From: Candidatus Bruticola sp.
Lineage (GTDB): Bacteria; Vulcanimicrobiota; Xenobia; Xenobiales; Xenobiaceae
NCBI GenBank assembly: GCA_051874735.1
Contig: JBJEGD010000026.1
Coordinates: 91,452-155,451, forward strand
Length of the DNA: 64,000 nt
Direction: 5' to 3'
Within the stretch, counting starts at the first letter, position 1. Every line of letters starts with the position of its first letter. Position numbers and translations under genes: made by a program. The notes below the pieces were generated by a model that saw only the letters and a program-made list of their open reading frames with translations, searched no databases and was not told the DNA's origin. Of the stretch, positions 10,026 through 18,957 are shown piece after piece.

Positions 10026-10739
10026 ATGGATACAGCTAGTAGAAAAGGACTATTTATTACCTTAGAGGGGCCTGAGGGCGGTGGTAAAACCTCACAGGCT
10101 AATGCTCTAGCAGAGAAGCTGCGCCGTTATGGCTTGACAGTTTCTGTTACTCGTGAGCCTGGGGGAACCCCATTGGGCGATAAAATTCGCCAGCTGCTTA
10201 TTGATCCGGCTAATAAAGAAATGAAGCCCTTAACTGAGCTGTTACTTTTTGAAGCTTCTCGAGCTCAGCATGTTCAGGAGTTTATTAAGCCTAAGCTTAA
10301 TTCGGGAGAAATCGTTATTTGTGATCGTTTTTACGACTCTACAGTAGCTTATCAAGGGGCAAGAAATTTGCCTTTAGATACTGTCCATTACTTAAATAAT
10401 TTGGTAGCCGCTCAATGCTGCCCTGATTTTACTATTCTCCTCGATCTCGACTATGAAGTAGGTCGCTCTCGCTTAATGAAGCGTTATCGGCAAAATAGCG
10501 GAGCTGTAGATCGCATTGAGCGTGAAGAACAAGCTTTTTTTGAACGGTTGCGTCAAAATTATTTAGAGTTAGCTAGAGGAGGCTTACAGAAGGACGGATT
10601 AAGAGATAATTCCCTCAATCGTTGGCATATTGTAGATGCTTCTGTAAGCTTTTCTGAAGTTGCTGAGCAAGTTTGGAAGGCTGTTTGGCCGGTAGTGAAG
10701 TCTTGTATGGATAAATTATCTGCTGCAAAGAGGAGTTAA
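10026..10739 (+). CDS. tmk: thymidylate (dTMP) kinase
   Basis: FITLEGPEGGGKTSQ P-loop, CDRFYDSTVAYQG, and a typical length of 237 aa. Confidence 0.9.
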   Translation: MDTASRKGLFITLEGPEGGGKTSQANALAEKLRRYGLTVSVTREPGGTPLGDKIRQLLIDPANKEMKPLTELLLFEASRAQHVQEFIKPKLNSGEIVICDRFYDSTVAYQGARNLPLDTVHYLNNLVAAQCCPDFTILLDLDYEVGRSRLMKRYRQNSGAVDRIEREEQAFFERLRQNYLELARGGLQKDGLRDNSLNRWHIVDASVSFSEVAEQVWKAVWPVVKSCMDKLSAAKRS

Positions 10740-10740
10740 G

Positions 10741-11745
10741 GTGAAAATAATTGGCAGCGAAGTTATACTGGAACGCTTGGGCATTTTGGCTTTTGAGACT
10801 AAATTAGCTCCTAGTTATCTTTTTATAGGTCCTAAAGGAGTTGGTAAATTTTTATGCGCTCGTTGGTTCGCTGCAGCTGTACTTTGCCCCAATAAGAATA
10901 AGCTGGGCCCTTGTGGGCAGTGTTCTGTTTGTAAGAGAATCGAATCGGGTAATCATCCTGATATTAATATTTTGGCTAGCAGCGGTCGTTCTACTATCGG
11001 TATTGATGACATTCGGGAAGGCATAGTTTCAATGCAGACCTGCTCTTTTGAAGGAGGTTATCGCTTTTGGATTATTGACGAAGCTCAGCGGTTAACTGAA
11101 GAAGGTCAAAATGCTTTATTAAAAACCCTTGAAGAGCCCCCGCCTTCATTAGTTATTGTTTTAGTAGCTCAACTTGGTGGTTCTCTTTTAAATACTGTTA
11201 TGTCTCGCTGCCGCCGGTTCGATTTTAAAACTTTGCCCATCGTCTCTCTTCAGCAGGAACTTATAGTTCGAGGGGCCTCTCCAGATAAAGCCTTGGCTGC
11301 AGCTAAAATAAGCGAAGGCTCTTTAGGCGGAGCTTTAGAAATTTTGAGTGACAGCGTGCTTTGGGATTACAGGGTAGCTCTGTTGGAAATTTTAGCTTCA
11401 TTAGCTTCTGAAGAGCCAAGTTTATGGAAGGCAATTAGCGCTTCAATCACCTTAGAAAAGTTTTGTGGCGGTTCTTCAGCTAAAGACAAAGATCTTCTGT
11501 TAAAAACCTTTTCTATGGCCTCGTCATTTTATCGAGATTTGCTTTTGCTAAAAGTTGGAGCTCCCAGGCATATGCTTGTTAACGAAGATTATTTAGCCAT
11601 TCTTGAACAAGTATCTGAAAGTAGCAATGCTGCTAGCTTTAGAAAGGCTTTAGAGAGTATTAACCAGGCTAAGTCTCAAGCATTTCACAATGTTAATGTA
11701 AGGCTTTTACTGCAAAATCTGTGTTTATCCTTACAGCCAATGTAA
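10741..11745 (+). CDS. holB: DNA polymerase III subunit delta prime
   Basis: GTG start 8 nt after AGGAG and 2 nt after the tmk stop. It has GPKGVGKF, the zinc module CGQCSVCKRIESGNHPD, and IIDEAQRLT. Confidence 0.85.
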   Translation: MKIIGSEVILERLGILAFETKLAPSYLFIGPKGVGKFLCARWFAAAVLCPNKNKLGPCGQCSVCKRIESGNHPDINILASSGRSTIGIDDIREGIVSMQTCSFEGGYRFWIIDEAQRLTEEGQNALLKTLEEPPPSLVIVLVAQLGGSLLNTVMSRCRRFDFKTLPIVSLQQELIVRGASPDKALAAAKISEGSLGGALEILSDSVLWDYRVALLEILASLASEEPSLWKAISASITLEKFCGGSSAKDKDLLLKTFSMASSFYRDLLLLKVGAPRHMLVNEDYLAILEQVSESSNAASFRKALESINQAKSQAFHNVNVRLLLQNLCLSLQPM

Positions 11746-11773
11746 TTTTTCTTATCTTAGTAATTTACAGAAA

Positions 11774-11806
11774 AGAGCCCGCTTCAAAAACTTTGAAGCG
11801 GGCTCT
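11774..11806. terminator. bidirectional hairpin between convergent holB and the amylase gene
   Basis: agagcccgcttcaaa pairs with tttgaagcgggctct, a perfect 15-bp stem, with T-rich runs on both strands. Confidence 0.75.
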
Positions 11807-11901
11807 AGTTTTGAAGTCGTTTTGTATCGCTCTCAGCTAAGGTCTCTCGGTTACCGAAAACTACACAACCTTAGCTGACAACTTTATAATGCAACATTCA
11901 A

Positions 11902-13596
11902 TTACTTTTTGAATTGAATATTCCCATAGTCCTTTTCAGGAACCAGAACTCTTCCCTGCTTGTCCGCAGTGCCAATATTGAGGCAGTTGTCTTTGACTGT
12001 GAACTTGTCGCCAGTCAGGACGTCTACCATAACATCGCCATTGTGGATAGGACTGCCCTCACGCAGAGGAATGTTGCGGGTCTGGTGATTGTAGGAGTTA
12101 TTCAAAACTGTAATGCACTCCTGGCCTTCGTAGCGACGGCAGAAAGCGTAAACTTGGTCATCCTGCCACATCTCTTTTTGCTCACCGAATTGGAGGGCCG
12201 GCATAGCCGCACGGGTGCTGGTTAACTTTTGGAGGTGCTCGGTAATATGCGGGTTAGCACCAAACTCCATATCGCGACGGTTATCAGGATCACCTCCGCC
12301 GACCATGGCAGTTTCATCGCCGTAGTAAATGGAAGGAATACCGCGGCAAGTCATGATGAGATCCATACCCAGCTTAAGCTTATCATGGCCGCGGCTGTTG
12401 TTGGTGTTGTTCATGAAACGCTCGAAGTCATGGTTGTCTAAGAGAGTGACCATCTTGCTAGCATCGGGGTACTTGCTGTCCTCTGCAAAGCGTCTGCCAA
12501 GCTCTCTAGCACTGCCGTCTTTACCGATAGTATCACGGATTGTGTAATACAAAGGCATATCGAAGCAGCTGTCCATGCCGTCACGCTGGTAACCAGACAC
12601 CACGTTGGGATCGCCATGTAAAGCTTCACCCAAAATCATGAAGTCGTCGCCCATTTCTTTCTTTACATCGGCGCAGAACTTCTGCCAGAACTGGTGATCG
12701 ACATGCTTAATGGCGTCTAAACGAATACCATCAGCTCCGGTCTCTTTAGCCCACCACAGAGTATTGTCTAACAAATATTTGTAAACTTCAGGGTTACTCT
12801 GGTCAAGGTCGGGAAGACCGCAGACATCGCCGTTTTCGAGCTGCCAAGGATCATTCCAGTTACGGATGCCGCCGTTGTGGTGGAACCAATCTTTTTTACT
12901 AGGATCATTCAGCCAAGAATGGTTGGGAGAAACGTGGTTGAGCACGGTGTCCAAAACAACCTTCATGCCTTTTTCGTGAGCCTTAGAAACTAACTCTTTG
13001 GCGTCATCCATGGTACCCTGATGCTCATCTACTTTGTAGTGGTCAGTAATCCAGTAGCCGTGATAACCGGTACCTTCGTAGTTGCCCATTCTAATGGTGT
13101 CGGCGTTGTCGTACATAGGGGCGACCCAAAGACAAGTGGCGCCCAAATCTTTGATATAGTCTAATTTGTTGATAACACCGCGGAGATCGCCGCCATGGTA
13201 AGCGGTTGGGTTGTTCTTATCAACATTGAAGTTATTGCTGGGATCACCGTCGCAGAAGCGGTCAGTGAGGGGAAAATAAATTACCTGGGGGCCCCATTTC
13301 TCTTGCCAAGAACTCAAAGAGTTTGTGGTAACGGCAGAAGCACTAGCTGTCTCTTCGGTCTTAGCCGCAGTTGAGCAGAAAAGAGACTTCGGAATGAGTC
13401 CGGCCGAAGAATCAGACTTAGATTTCGTAAGAGTATCGGTGGGGAGGGCAGATACGCTCTCGGCCTCAGCGGCCTTGGCGGCAGGAACTGAAACGTTAGA
13501 TATAGGCTGATTGAAAACTTTAAAGTTATCAGACACGCCGGAAATCATGATAAAGCCTCCAAAAATAATTATAGATGTAAAAACTCTCTTAAGCAC
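11902..13596 (-). CDS. GH13 alpha-amylase family glycosidase with an N-terminal hydrophobic anchor and a Ser/Ala-rich linker
   Basis: GH13 regions DTVLNHV, GADGIRLDAIKHV, GEALHG and LLDNHDFERF. GTG start at 13596. An alternative ATG at 13548 follows GGAGG, so the start is ambiguous. Confidence 0.9.
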   Translation of the reverse strand: MLKRVFTSIIIFGGFIMISGVSDNFKVFNQPISNVSVPAAKAAEAESVSALPTDTLTKSKSDSSAGLIPKSLFCSTAAKTEETASASAVTTNSLSSWQEKWGPQVIYFPLTDRFCDGDPSNNFNVDKNNPTAYHGGDLRGVINKLDYIKDLGATCLWVAPMYDNADTIRMGNYEGTGYHGYWITDHYKVDEHQGTMDDAKELVSKAHEKGMKVVLDTVLNHVSPNHSWLNDPSKKDWFHHNGGIRNWNDPWQLENGDVCGLPDLDQSNPEVYKYLLDNTLWWAKETGADGIRLDAIKHVDHQFWQKFCADVKKEMGDDFMILGEALHGDPNVVSGYQRDGMDSCFDMPLYYTIRDTIGKDGSARELGRRFAEDSKYPDASKMVTLLDNHDFERFMNNTNNSRGHDKLKLGMDLIMTCRGIPSIYYGDETAMVGGGDPDNRRDMEFGANPHITEHLQKLTSTRAAMPALQFGEQKEMWQDDQVYAFCRRYEGQECITVLNNSYNHQTRNIPLREGSPIHNGDVMVDVLTGDKFTVKDNCLNIGTADKQGRVLVPEKDYGNIQFKK

Positions 13597-13809
13597 TCCG
13601 CTTTAGGAACACCTAATCCCAAACATTTGCAAAGAAGCCACAGTCTGAAATTAATATGTTGTTTTCTTGCAACTTCATTAACTTAGATTATACCTAATTA
13701 TCAAAAAAAAATGTTACCAGGAATTTAATTAACACCTAGAAAAAAACTAATTGTGCAGAGTAGAGCTTCTTTGCGCCCAGGTATTCGCATGTTTTCAGGA
13801 GTAAAGATT

Positions 13810-15834
13810 ATGAAATTACAGCCGCGTGTTTTTTTTAATATGGGAGCCATAGTTTTAGGAATTGCTTGTTTAACTTTGCCGGCTGTGGCCAACAGTGGTA
13901 CCCCAGAAAAGTTTTCTTCCAAGCATAATGCTATCGTCCGCCAAGTTAAGGGCAACCTTACCATAGAAGGAGTGCCGACAATCCCTGATTCTCTGATTGA
14001 ACGCTTGGCTCAGTACTCTAATGTGCGTTCCGCAGTAGTGGGTGATTGGGATCCCCAGGCTAAGGGCCTCTTAGTTTTTACCCGTTTTGGTCAAACTTCT
14101 CAAGTTCATCGTGTAGCTCGTCCGGGTTCTTTTCGCGAGCAGATTACTTTCTTTGATGAGCCTGTCAACAGTATAGCCGTCAATCCTGACAGTAAACGTA
14201 ACGAAATGGTAATGCTGAAAGATGTAGGCGGCAACGAAAATTATCAAATATTCTTGTGGAATTTTAGTGATGGCCGTTCTAAAATGCTCACTAATGGTAA
14301 GGCCAGATATGGCTCTGTAGTATGGAATGATGAAGGTACTAAAATAGCCTACCAGTCTACTGAACGTGATGGCGCTAATTGGGATATTTGGATTATGGAT
14401 CCTAAACATCCTGAACAAGCTAAAATGGTTTACAGCCCTGGAGGGTATTGGGGGGTATTAGATTGGTCTAAACAAGGCGATCGTTTGCTTCTTTATAAAT
14501 ATATTTCTATTACAGAATCGTCTATGGTGGTTCTCGATTTAAATAGCGGCAAGACTATACCTATTGGCATAGATGACGCTTCTCAACCTCCTTTTGCTTT
14601 AGGAGAGGTCGCTAAATTTTCTACCGACGGTAAGGGAGTGTTCTTTACTACAGATAGTGGCAGCGAATTTCAGCGTTTAGCTTATCAAGATCTGTCTACT
14701 AAAAAAATAAGTTACATGGCGAGAGATATCCAGGCTGATGTGATTGATATACAAATCAGCAAAGATGGCAGCTTGTTGGCTTTTGTTACTAATGAGGATG
14801 GTTTTTACAAAATTTATGTTATGAACTTAAATAAGGGAAACTGTAAATATCGCCGTTTAACTACTATACCTGAAGGTGTGGTTTACGGAATGAAATTTTC
14901 CCCTGACCGTCGTTTGGCTGTTAGCATCGGATCTGGTAATAGGCCTTGTGATACTTATACTGTTAACTTAGATCGAAAAGATGAGTGCTTGCGTTGGACT
15001 TTTAGTGAGGCCGGCGGTTTAGACACTTCTTCTTTTGCTGAACCTAAACTTTTACATTACCCTACTTTCGATAATGACGGGGACAAAGCACGTCAAATTC
15101 CCGCTTTTGTTTACATGCCTAAAAAAGCTGCCTCAGAGCCCTGTCCTGTACTTATTCAAATCCACGGAGGGCCAGAGAGTCAATATCAGCCTTATTTCAG
15201 TTCGTTTATTCAGTATTTAGTCAATGAAAAAGGTATAGCTGTTATCGCTCCCAATGTTCGGGGCTCTCATGGTTATGGCAAAACTTATGTGTCTTTAGAT
15301 AACGGATACAAGAGAGAAGATTCTGTTAAAGATATCGGTGCTCTCATTGATTGGATAAAAAAACAGCCTCAGTTCAATGGAAAGATCGCTGTTATGGGAG
15401 GTTCGTACGGCGGTTATATGACTTTAGCTTCCATGACTCATTACAGTCAGGATTTGAGTTGCGGCATAGACAACGTAGGTATTAGCAATTTTGTGACTTT
15501 CTTAGAGAATACTAATCCTAATCGCCAAGACTTGCGTCGTGTTGAATATGGTGATGAGCGAGATCCGGAAATGAGAGCTTTTATGGAAAAAATTGCTCCG
15601 GCTAATAATGCTGCCAAGATAACTAAACCTCTTTATGTGGTACAGGGATACAACGATCCGCGCGTTCCTGTTACTGAAGCAGAACAAATGGTTCGAGAAA
15701 TACGTCAGGCTGGCGGTTTAGTTTGGTATTGCTGTGCCGCTGATGAAGGACACGGATTCGCCAAAAAGAACAATCGCGATTATTACTGGCAGTCTGCAGT
15801 GCTTTTCTTAGAGAAATATTTGTTAGGTAAATAA
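13810..15834 (+). CDS. S9 prolyl oligopeptidase-family serine peptidase with an N-terminal beta-propeller
   Basis: ATG at 13810 follows AGGAG and gives a signal peptide (MKLQPRVFF...PAVA). It has the nucleophile elbow GGSYGGYM, then QGYNDPRV and DEGHGF of the catalytic triad. Confidence 0.85.
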   Translation: MKLQPRVFFNMGAIVLGIACLTLPAVANSGTPEKFSSKHNAIVRQVKGNLTIEGVPTIPDSLIERLAQYSNVRSAVVGDWDPQAKGLLVFTRFGQTSQVHRVARPGSFREQITFFDEPVNSIAVNPDSKRNEMVMLKDVGGNENYQIFLWNFSDGRSKMLTNGKARYGSVVWNDEGTKIAYQSTERDGANWDIWIMDPKHPEQAKMVYSPGGYWGVLDWSKQGDRLLLYKYISITESSMVVLDLNSGKTIPIGIDDASQPPFALGEVAKFSTDGKGVFFTTDSGSEFQRLAYQDLSTKKISYMARDIQADVIDIQISKDGSLLAFVTNEDGFYKIYVMNLNKGNCKYRRLTTIPEGVVYGMKFSPDRRLAVSIGSGNRPCDTYTVNLDRKDECLRWTFSEAGGLDTSSFAEPKLLHYPTFDNDGDKARQIPAFVYMPKKAASEPCPVLIQIHGGPESQYQPYFSSFIQYLVNEKGIAVIAPNVRGSHGYGKTYVSLDNGYKREDSVKDIGALIDWIKKQPQFNGKIAVMGGSYGGYMTLASMTHYSQDLSCGIDNVGISNFVTFLENTNPNRQDLRRVEYGDERDPEMRAFMEKIAPANNAAKITKPLYVVQGYNDPRVPVTEAEQMVREIRQAGGLVWYCCAADEGHGFAKKNNRDYYWQSAVLFLEKYLLGK

Positions 15835-15855
15835 ATTAACTTTATTAGTTATCTT

Positions 15856-15903
15856 AAAAATAAAGAGCTTCTCTACTATAAAGTAGCAAAGCTCTTTATT
15901 TTT
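15856..15903. terminator. bidirectional hairpin terminator
   Basis: aaaaataaagagc pairs with gctctttattttt, with an inner ctact/agtag stem, between convergent genes. Confidence 0.75.
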
Positions 15904-15961
15904 ATGGCGCGTAGATGGTAACTTTATATTGTACTGAGGTAAAAAAGCTTATGGCTTAAAA

Positions 15962-16285
15962 CTAGGGAGTACCAGGAAAACTGTCAACGAATTTAACAGT
16001 GAAGTCGGGGAAAGAGTCGACAAATTGAATTTTATAATCGGGGAAAGAGTCGACAAGCTGCCATTTCCCCGGGCCATCAGGAAAACTTTTAACTACTTTA
16101 ACTTTCAGATCGGGAAAAGAATTGTCTACTTTAACCTTATAATCGGGGAAAGAATTAACTATCTGAATTCTGCCGTATATTCCGCTAACAGGAACTTTCG
16201 GTTTTGCTTGTACATTGGTGGCTGCGCAGGCAAAGAGTATAATTAGCGTCAGTAAAGCTGCAGACAAGGAGATCTGCTTTCTCAT
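15962..16285 (-). CDS. small secreted protein made of six tandem SFPD repeats of about 11 aa
   Basis: Strong AGGAGG RBS and signal peptide MRKQISLSAALLTLIILFACAATNVQA. It is followed by IQIVNSFPDYK / VKVDNSFPDLK / VKVVKSFPDGPGK / WQLVDSFPDYK / IQFVDSFPDFT / VKFVDSFPGTP. Confidence 0.7.
   Translation of the reverse strand: MRKQISLSAALLTLIILFACAATNVQAKPKVPVSGIYGRIQIVNSFPDYKVKVDNSFPDLKVKVVKSFPDGPGKWQLVDSFPDYKIQFVDSFPDFTVKFVDSFPGTP
15965..16168 (-). repeat. 33-bp periodic in-frame coding repeat (SFPD units)
   Basis: cggggaaagagtcgaca recurs 33 bp apart (16008 and 16041). Degenerate copies lie near 16110 and 16143. Confidence 0.8.
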
Positions 16286-16406
16286 ATTGCACCTCCTGAA
16301 AATAGTTTTATTGACCTTTGCACTGAATTATTTCAGAGTCTACATGTTAATATCGTCTTTTCGTCTATTTTCCTTTGCACAAGTTATATAATACCCAAAT
16401 TTAATA

Positions 16407-16456
16407 AAGCCACAGTTTTATTGTACTAAAAATAGTACCTGTATAAACTGTGGCTT
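16407..16456 (-). terminator. hairpin terminator after the EEP gene
   Basis: aagccacagttt pairs with aaactgtggctt, with an inner gtacta/tagtac stem. A T-rich tail follows on the minus strand. Confidence 0.7.
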
Positions 16457-16483
16457 CATTTCACTCTATATGCCAGTAAAACG

Positions 16484-17380
16484 TTAGCCTCTAATATTAA
16501 ATTCGGAAGTAATCATGAGATGGTCTGAGGCTGTGGAAGATACCCAGCGAGTGTCTGTAGTATCGGATTGCGTATAACGATGGACTTGAGAGCTCACCAA
16601 GCGGTTGGACATAGATTTCGGGAAAATCATGTGATCGAACTGCTCGGGAGCAAAACCATTACTCTTTTTGGGATTGGCGGGCCAAGTGTTGCGCTCTGCA
16701 TCGGGTTTGCCTGCTAAACTGTCGACCCATTCTTCGCGCCCTCCGCCTGGATTCAAGACTGCTTGGACGGAAGCGTCGTCAGTGTTGTCGTTGAAGTCGC
16801 CGGTAAGCACGAAGAGACGGCCGGGGAATTCTTTCATTTCCGCTTCAGCAATGTCGCGCATAGCGCGCCCTTCGCTCAGGCGTTTCGTATCGGCGCTCAC
16901 ATGACCGGGAGCAGAGGGTCTTCTAGATTTTGAATGGGTAGTATATAAGCTGAGATCGGCGCTCTGGTTGCCATCGACATCTATATCGACGCGGAGCAAG
17001 TCGCGGCTGAATTTAGTGTCGCCGCTGCCGTCGGCTAGAGGGAAGGTTACGTCTTTATGGGAGACAACCTCAGTAAAGGGATATTTAGAGATTACTGCTA
17101 CGTTTACGCCGCGTCCGTCGTTGCCGGGAACGTGAGCTACGTATTTATAATTTTTGCTAAGCCCGCGAGTTTCGAGGAATTCATCTAAGGTTTCTTTAGA
17201 TGTACACTCTTGTAAGGCTACTACGTCGGCGTCAGCTCTTCTAATATTTTCGGCCAAAGCGTCTAAAGAACGCTCGCTCTTCACTGGAGTGCGGCCACCG
17301 CCAGCCCTTTGCACGTCGCGATCAGCAAACATGTTTTTTACATTGTAAGTACCTATGGTTACAGACGTTTTGCCTATCAT
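16484..17380 (-). CDS. endonuclease/exonuclease/phosphatase (EEP) family protein
   Basis: It has an N-terminal YNVKNMF, VVALQE, a late GDFND and a C-terminal SDHLMI, the usual EEP catalytic blocks. GC content is markedly higher than its neighbours. Confidence 0.8.
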   Translation of the reverse strand: MIGKTSVTIGTYNVKNMFADRDVQRAGGGRTPVKSERSLDALAENIRRADADVVALQECTSKETLDEFLETRGLSKNYKYVAHVPGNDGRGVNVAVISKYPFTEVVSHKDVTFPLADGSGDTKFSRDLLRVDIDVDGNQSADLSLYTTHSKSRRPSAPGHVSADTKRLSEGRAMRDIAEAEMKEFPGRLFVLTGDFNDNTDDASVQAVLNPGGGREEWVDSLAGKPDAERNTWPANPKKSNGFAPEQFDHMIFPKSMSNRLVSSQVHRYTQSDTTDTRWVSSTASDHLMITSEFNIRG

Positions 17381-17464
17381 ATTATTTAAACCCCGCTGGA
17401 TAAACTTTCTTTATACCGCTGTACTTTTAATACAGAAGTAGAATTAAGAATATAAGTTCCTCCC

Positions 17465-17608
17465 GCCGCATCTTTTTTAAGAAAATGACGATCCAAAAGC
17501 ATTTGTCTACTTCTGTTGGCTGTAAACCAACACAAGCAGCTGATACTTGCGACTCACAACCAAAAATTTTCTTTAACGGCGGACTATAAAACTAGAAAAA
17601 GATGCGGC
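17465..17608. repeat. 13-bp perfect inverted repeat enclosing 118 nt
   Basis: gccgcatcttttt (17465-17477) and aaaaagatgcggc (17596-17608). An inner hairpin gttgg..ccaac lies at about 17514-17530. Confidence 0.8.
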
Positions 17609-17614
17609 AGTCCA

Positions 17615-17634
17615 GCTTAGGCGTCAGCCTAAGC
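17615..17634 (-). terminator. 8-bp stem, 4-nt loop hairpin downstream of the SGNH gene
   Basis: gcttaggc gtca gcctaagc. The T-run on the minus strand begins about 15 nt after the stem, so function as a terminator is uncertain. Confidence 0.45.
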
Positions 17635-17718
17635 AGCTTTCTGCACACTATTATAAAGATTATACGTATAATTAACTACAAACAAAACTTTTGTGTAAGT
17701 GATTTAATGTATTTTTTG

Positions 17719-18912
17719 TTAATTTTCTAATATATCATTTTTAATCAGAGCTTCTTCTACTATTTTAGCCATAAAACGATGGCCTTCTGGAGTGAAATGT
17801 ACAGAATCTGCAAAAAGGCGGTCGTATTGCTGAGGTGGCAGAGACGCAAAAATTTGTGGAGCATCTATTATCATTATGTTGTATTCGGCAGCTAGGCGGC
17901 GCAAAGCTTCATGATAAAGAGGTAACTGAGAGCTATTAGCTATATGGCGATTAGTAGGTTCTAGAAGGAGAACTAGTTGGAATCCGTCTTCTTGGCTCAG
18001 TTTATAAAAATTTTTTATATTTTCGATAAACTCAGATAAGGGCACACGTTCAGTGGCGTTAACATCGCCACTTCGGCGGCTGTACATACTGCGGCTGTGC
18101 AGGCGCAGACTAAGGCTGCGTACTAGGATACATATTCGGCTGCGATATATCCAGGAGCGCAGATAATGAATCCACTTGTTGTCCGTAATTACTGAACGGT
18201 CAGTGGAAAAAGCTTCATTGGCATCGTGATAGCCAAAGGCTTCTATAACCATATCGGGTTTGTAAGGGGCTATGTCCGATTTGTAGAGCATCAGTCCCTG
18301 CCATGAGGAATAACCGGAAATAGCTCCATCAATTACTTCTATGTGGCGATGGCCATTGGCTTGGGCTTGTCGTCTGTTTAAATTATTCTGCAGTACTTTT
18401 GGGTAACAGTGTTTGGGGGCATATTGATGGCGGAAGGCAGAAATAGCCTGAGAATCGCCTAAAACGGTAATACGGAAGGTATTGCTATTTTTATGGCGCG
18501 GGTGTTCCTGATCAAAAATGCCGCTTATAGAAGTCCGCGAAGTACCGACCATATTAGTTCTGCGTCCGCGTTCATTGGCTGTCGCTTCTGGATTAGCTTT
18601 CCAAAAGGTGAGGGGATCGGGAATAAATAATTTAGAGGGACTGTAGTAAGGCAAGTGAAGCATAGCTTCGAAAATAACAAAGAATAGAAATGTAACAAGC
18701 AGATTACGCTTGAACAGAGAAAGCCTTGCCCAGCCTGAATATTTTTGGGCCACTACTTGACTTAGTTTGCATAGTAGGGCAGCAATAGTAAAACCCAATA
18801 GAAGGCTGGCTATAATTTGATTATCTAGCAGTCTGGGAATATTGCCTATAAGATATTGAGAACTTAGGGCCGTTTCTCCGCCGCTTACTATGTAAAATGC
18901 AGTATCTTCCAT
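17719..18912 (-). CDS. membrane-anchored SGNH/GDSL-family hydrolase
   Basis: Two N-terminal TM segments, block I ITVLGDSQA and block V DSVHFTPEGH. Confidence 0.75.
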   Translation of the reverse strand: MEDTAFYIVSGGETALSSQYLIGNIPRLLDNQIIASLLLGFTIAALLCKLSQVVAQKYSGWARLSLFKRNLLVTFLFFVIFEAMLHLPYYSPSKLFIPDPLTFWKANPEATANERGRRTNMVGTSRTSISGIFDQEHPRHKNSNTFRITVLGDSQAISAFRHQYAPKHCYPKVLQNNLNRRQAQANGHRHIEVIDGAISGYSSWQGLMLYKSDIAPYKPDMVIEAFGYHDANEAFSTDRSVITDNKWIHYLRSWIYRSRICILVRSLSLRLHSRSMYSRRSGDVNATERVPLSEFIENIKNFYKLSQEDGFQLVLLLEPTNRHIANSSQLPLYHEALRRLAAEYNIMIIDAPQIFASLPPQQYDRLFADSVHFTPEGHRFMAKIVEEALIKNDILEN

Positions 18913-18957
18913 GTGCCGTTAACTAGTGACTGAGTGTTTTTTATGTTGTTAGAAAAC

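Noticed and set aside
11914-12629. Several 60-100-aa ORFs inside the amylase locus: three on the plus strand (11914-12225, 12229-12441, 12329-12547) and one out-of-frame on the minus strand (12438-12629)
   Set aside because: They lie antisense or out of frame to a frame that carries all GH13 signature blocks. They have no RBS and are the expected shadow ORFs of a GC3-rich gene.
16668-17348. Plus-strand ORFs 16668-16904 and 17154-17348
   Set aside because: They are antisense shadows of the high-GC EEP gene. They encode Ser/Ala/Arg-rich nonsense-like sequences with no RBS.
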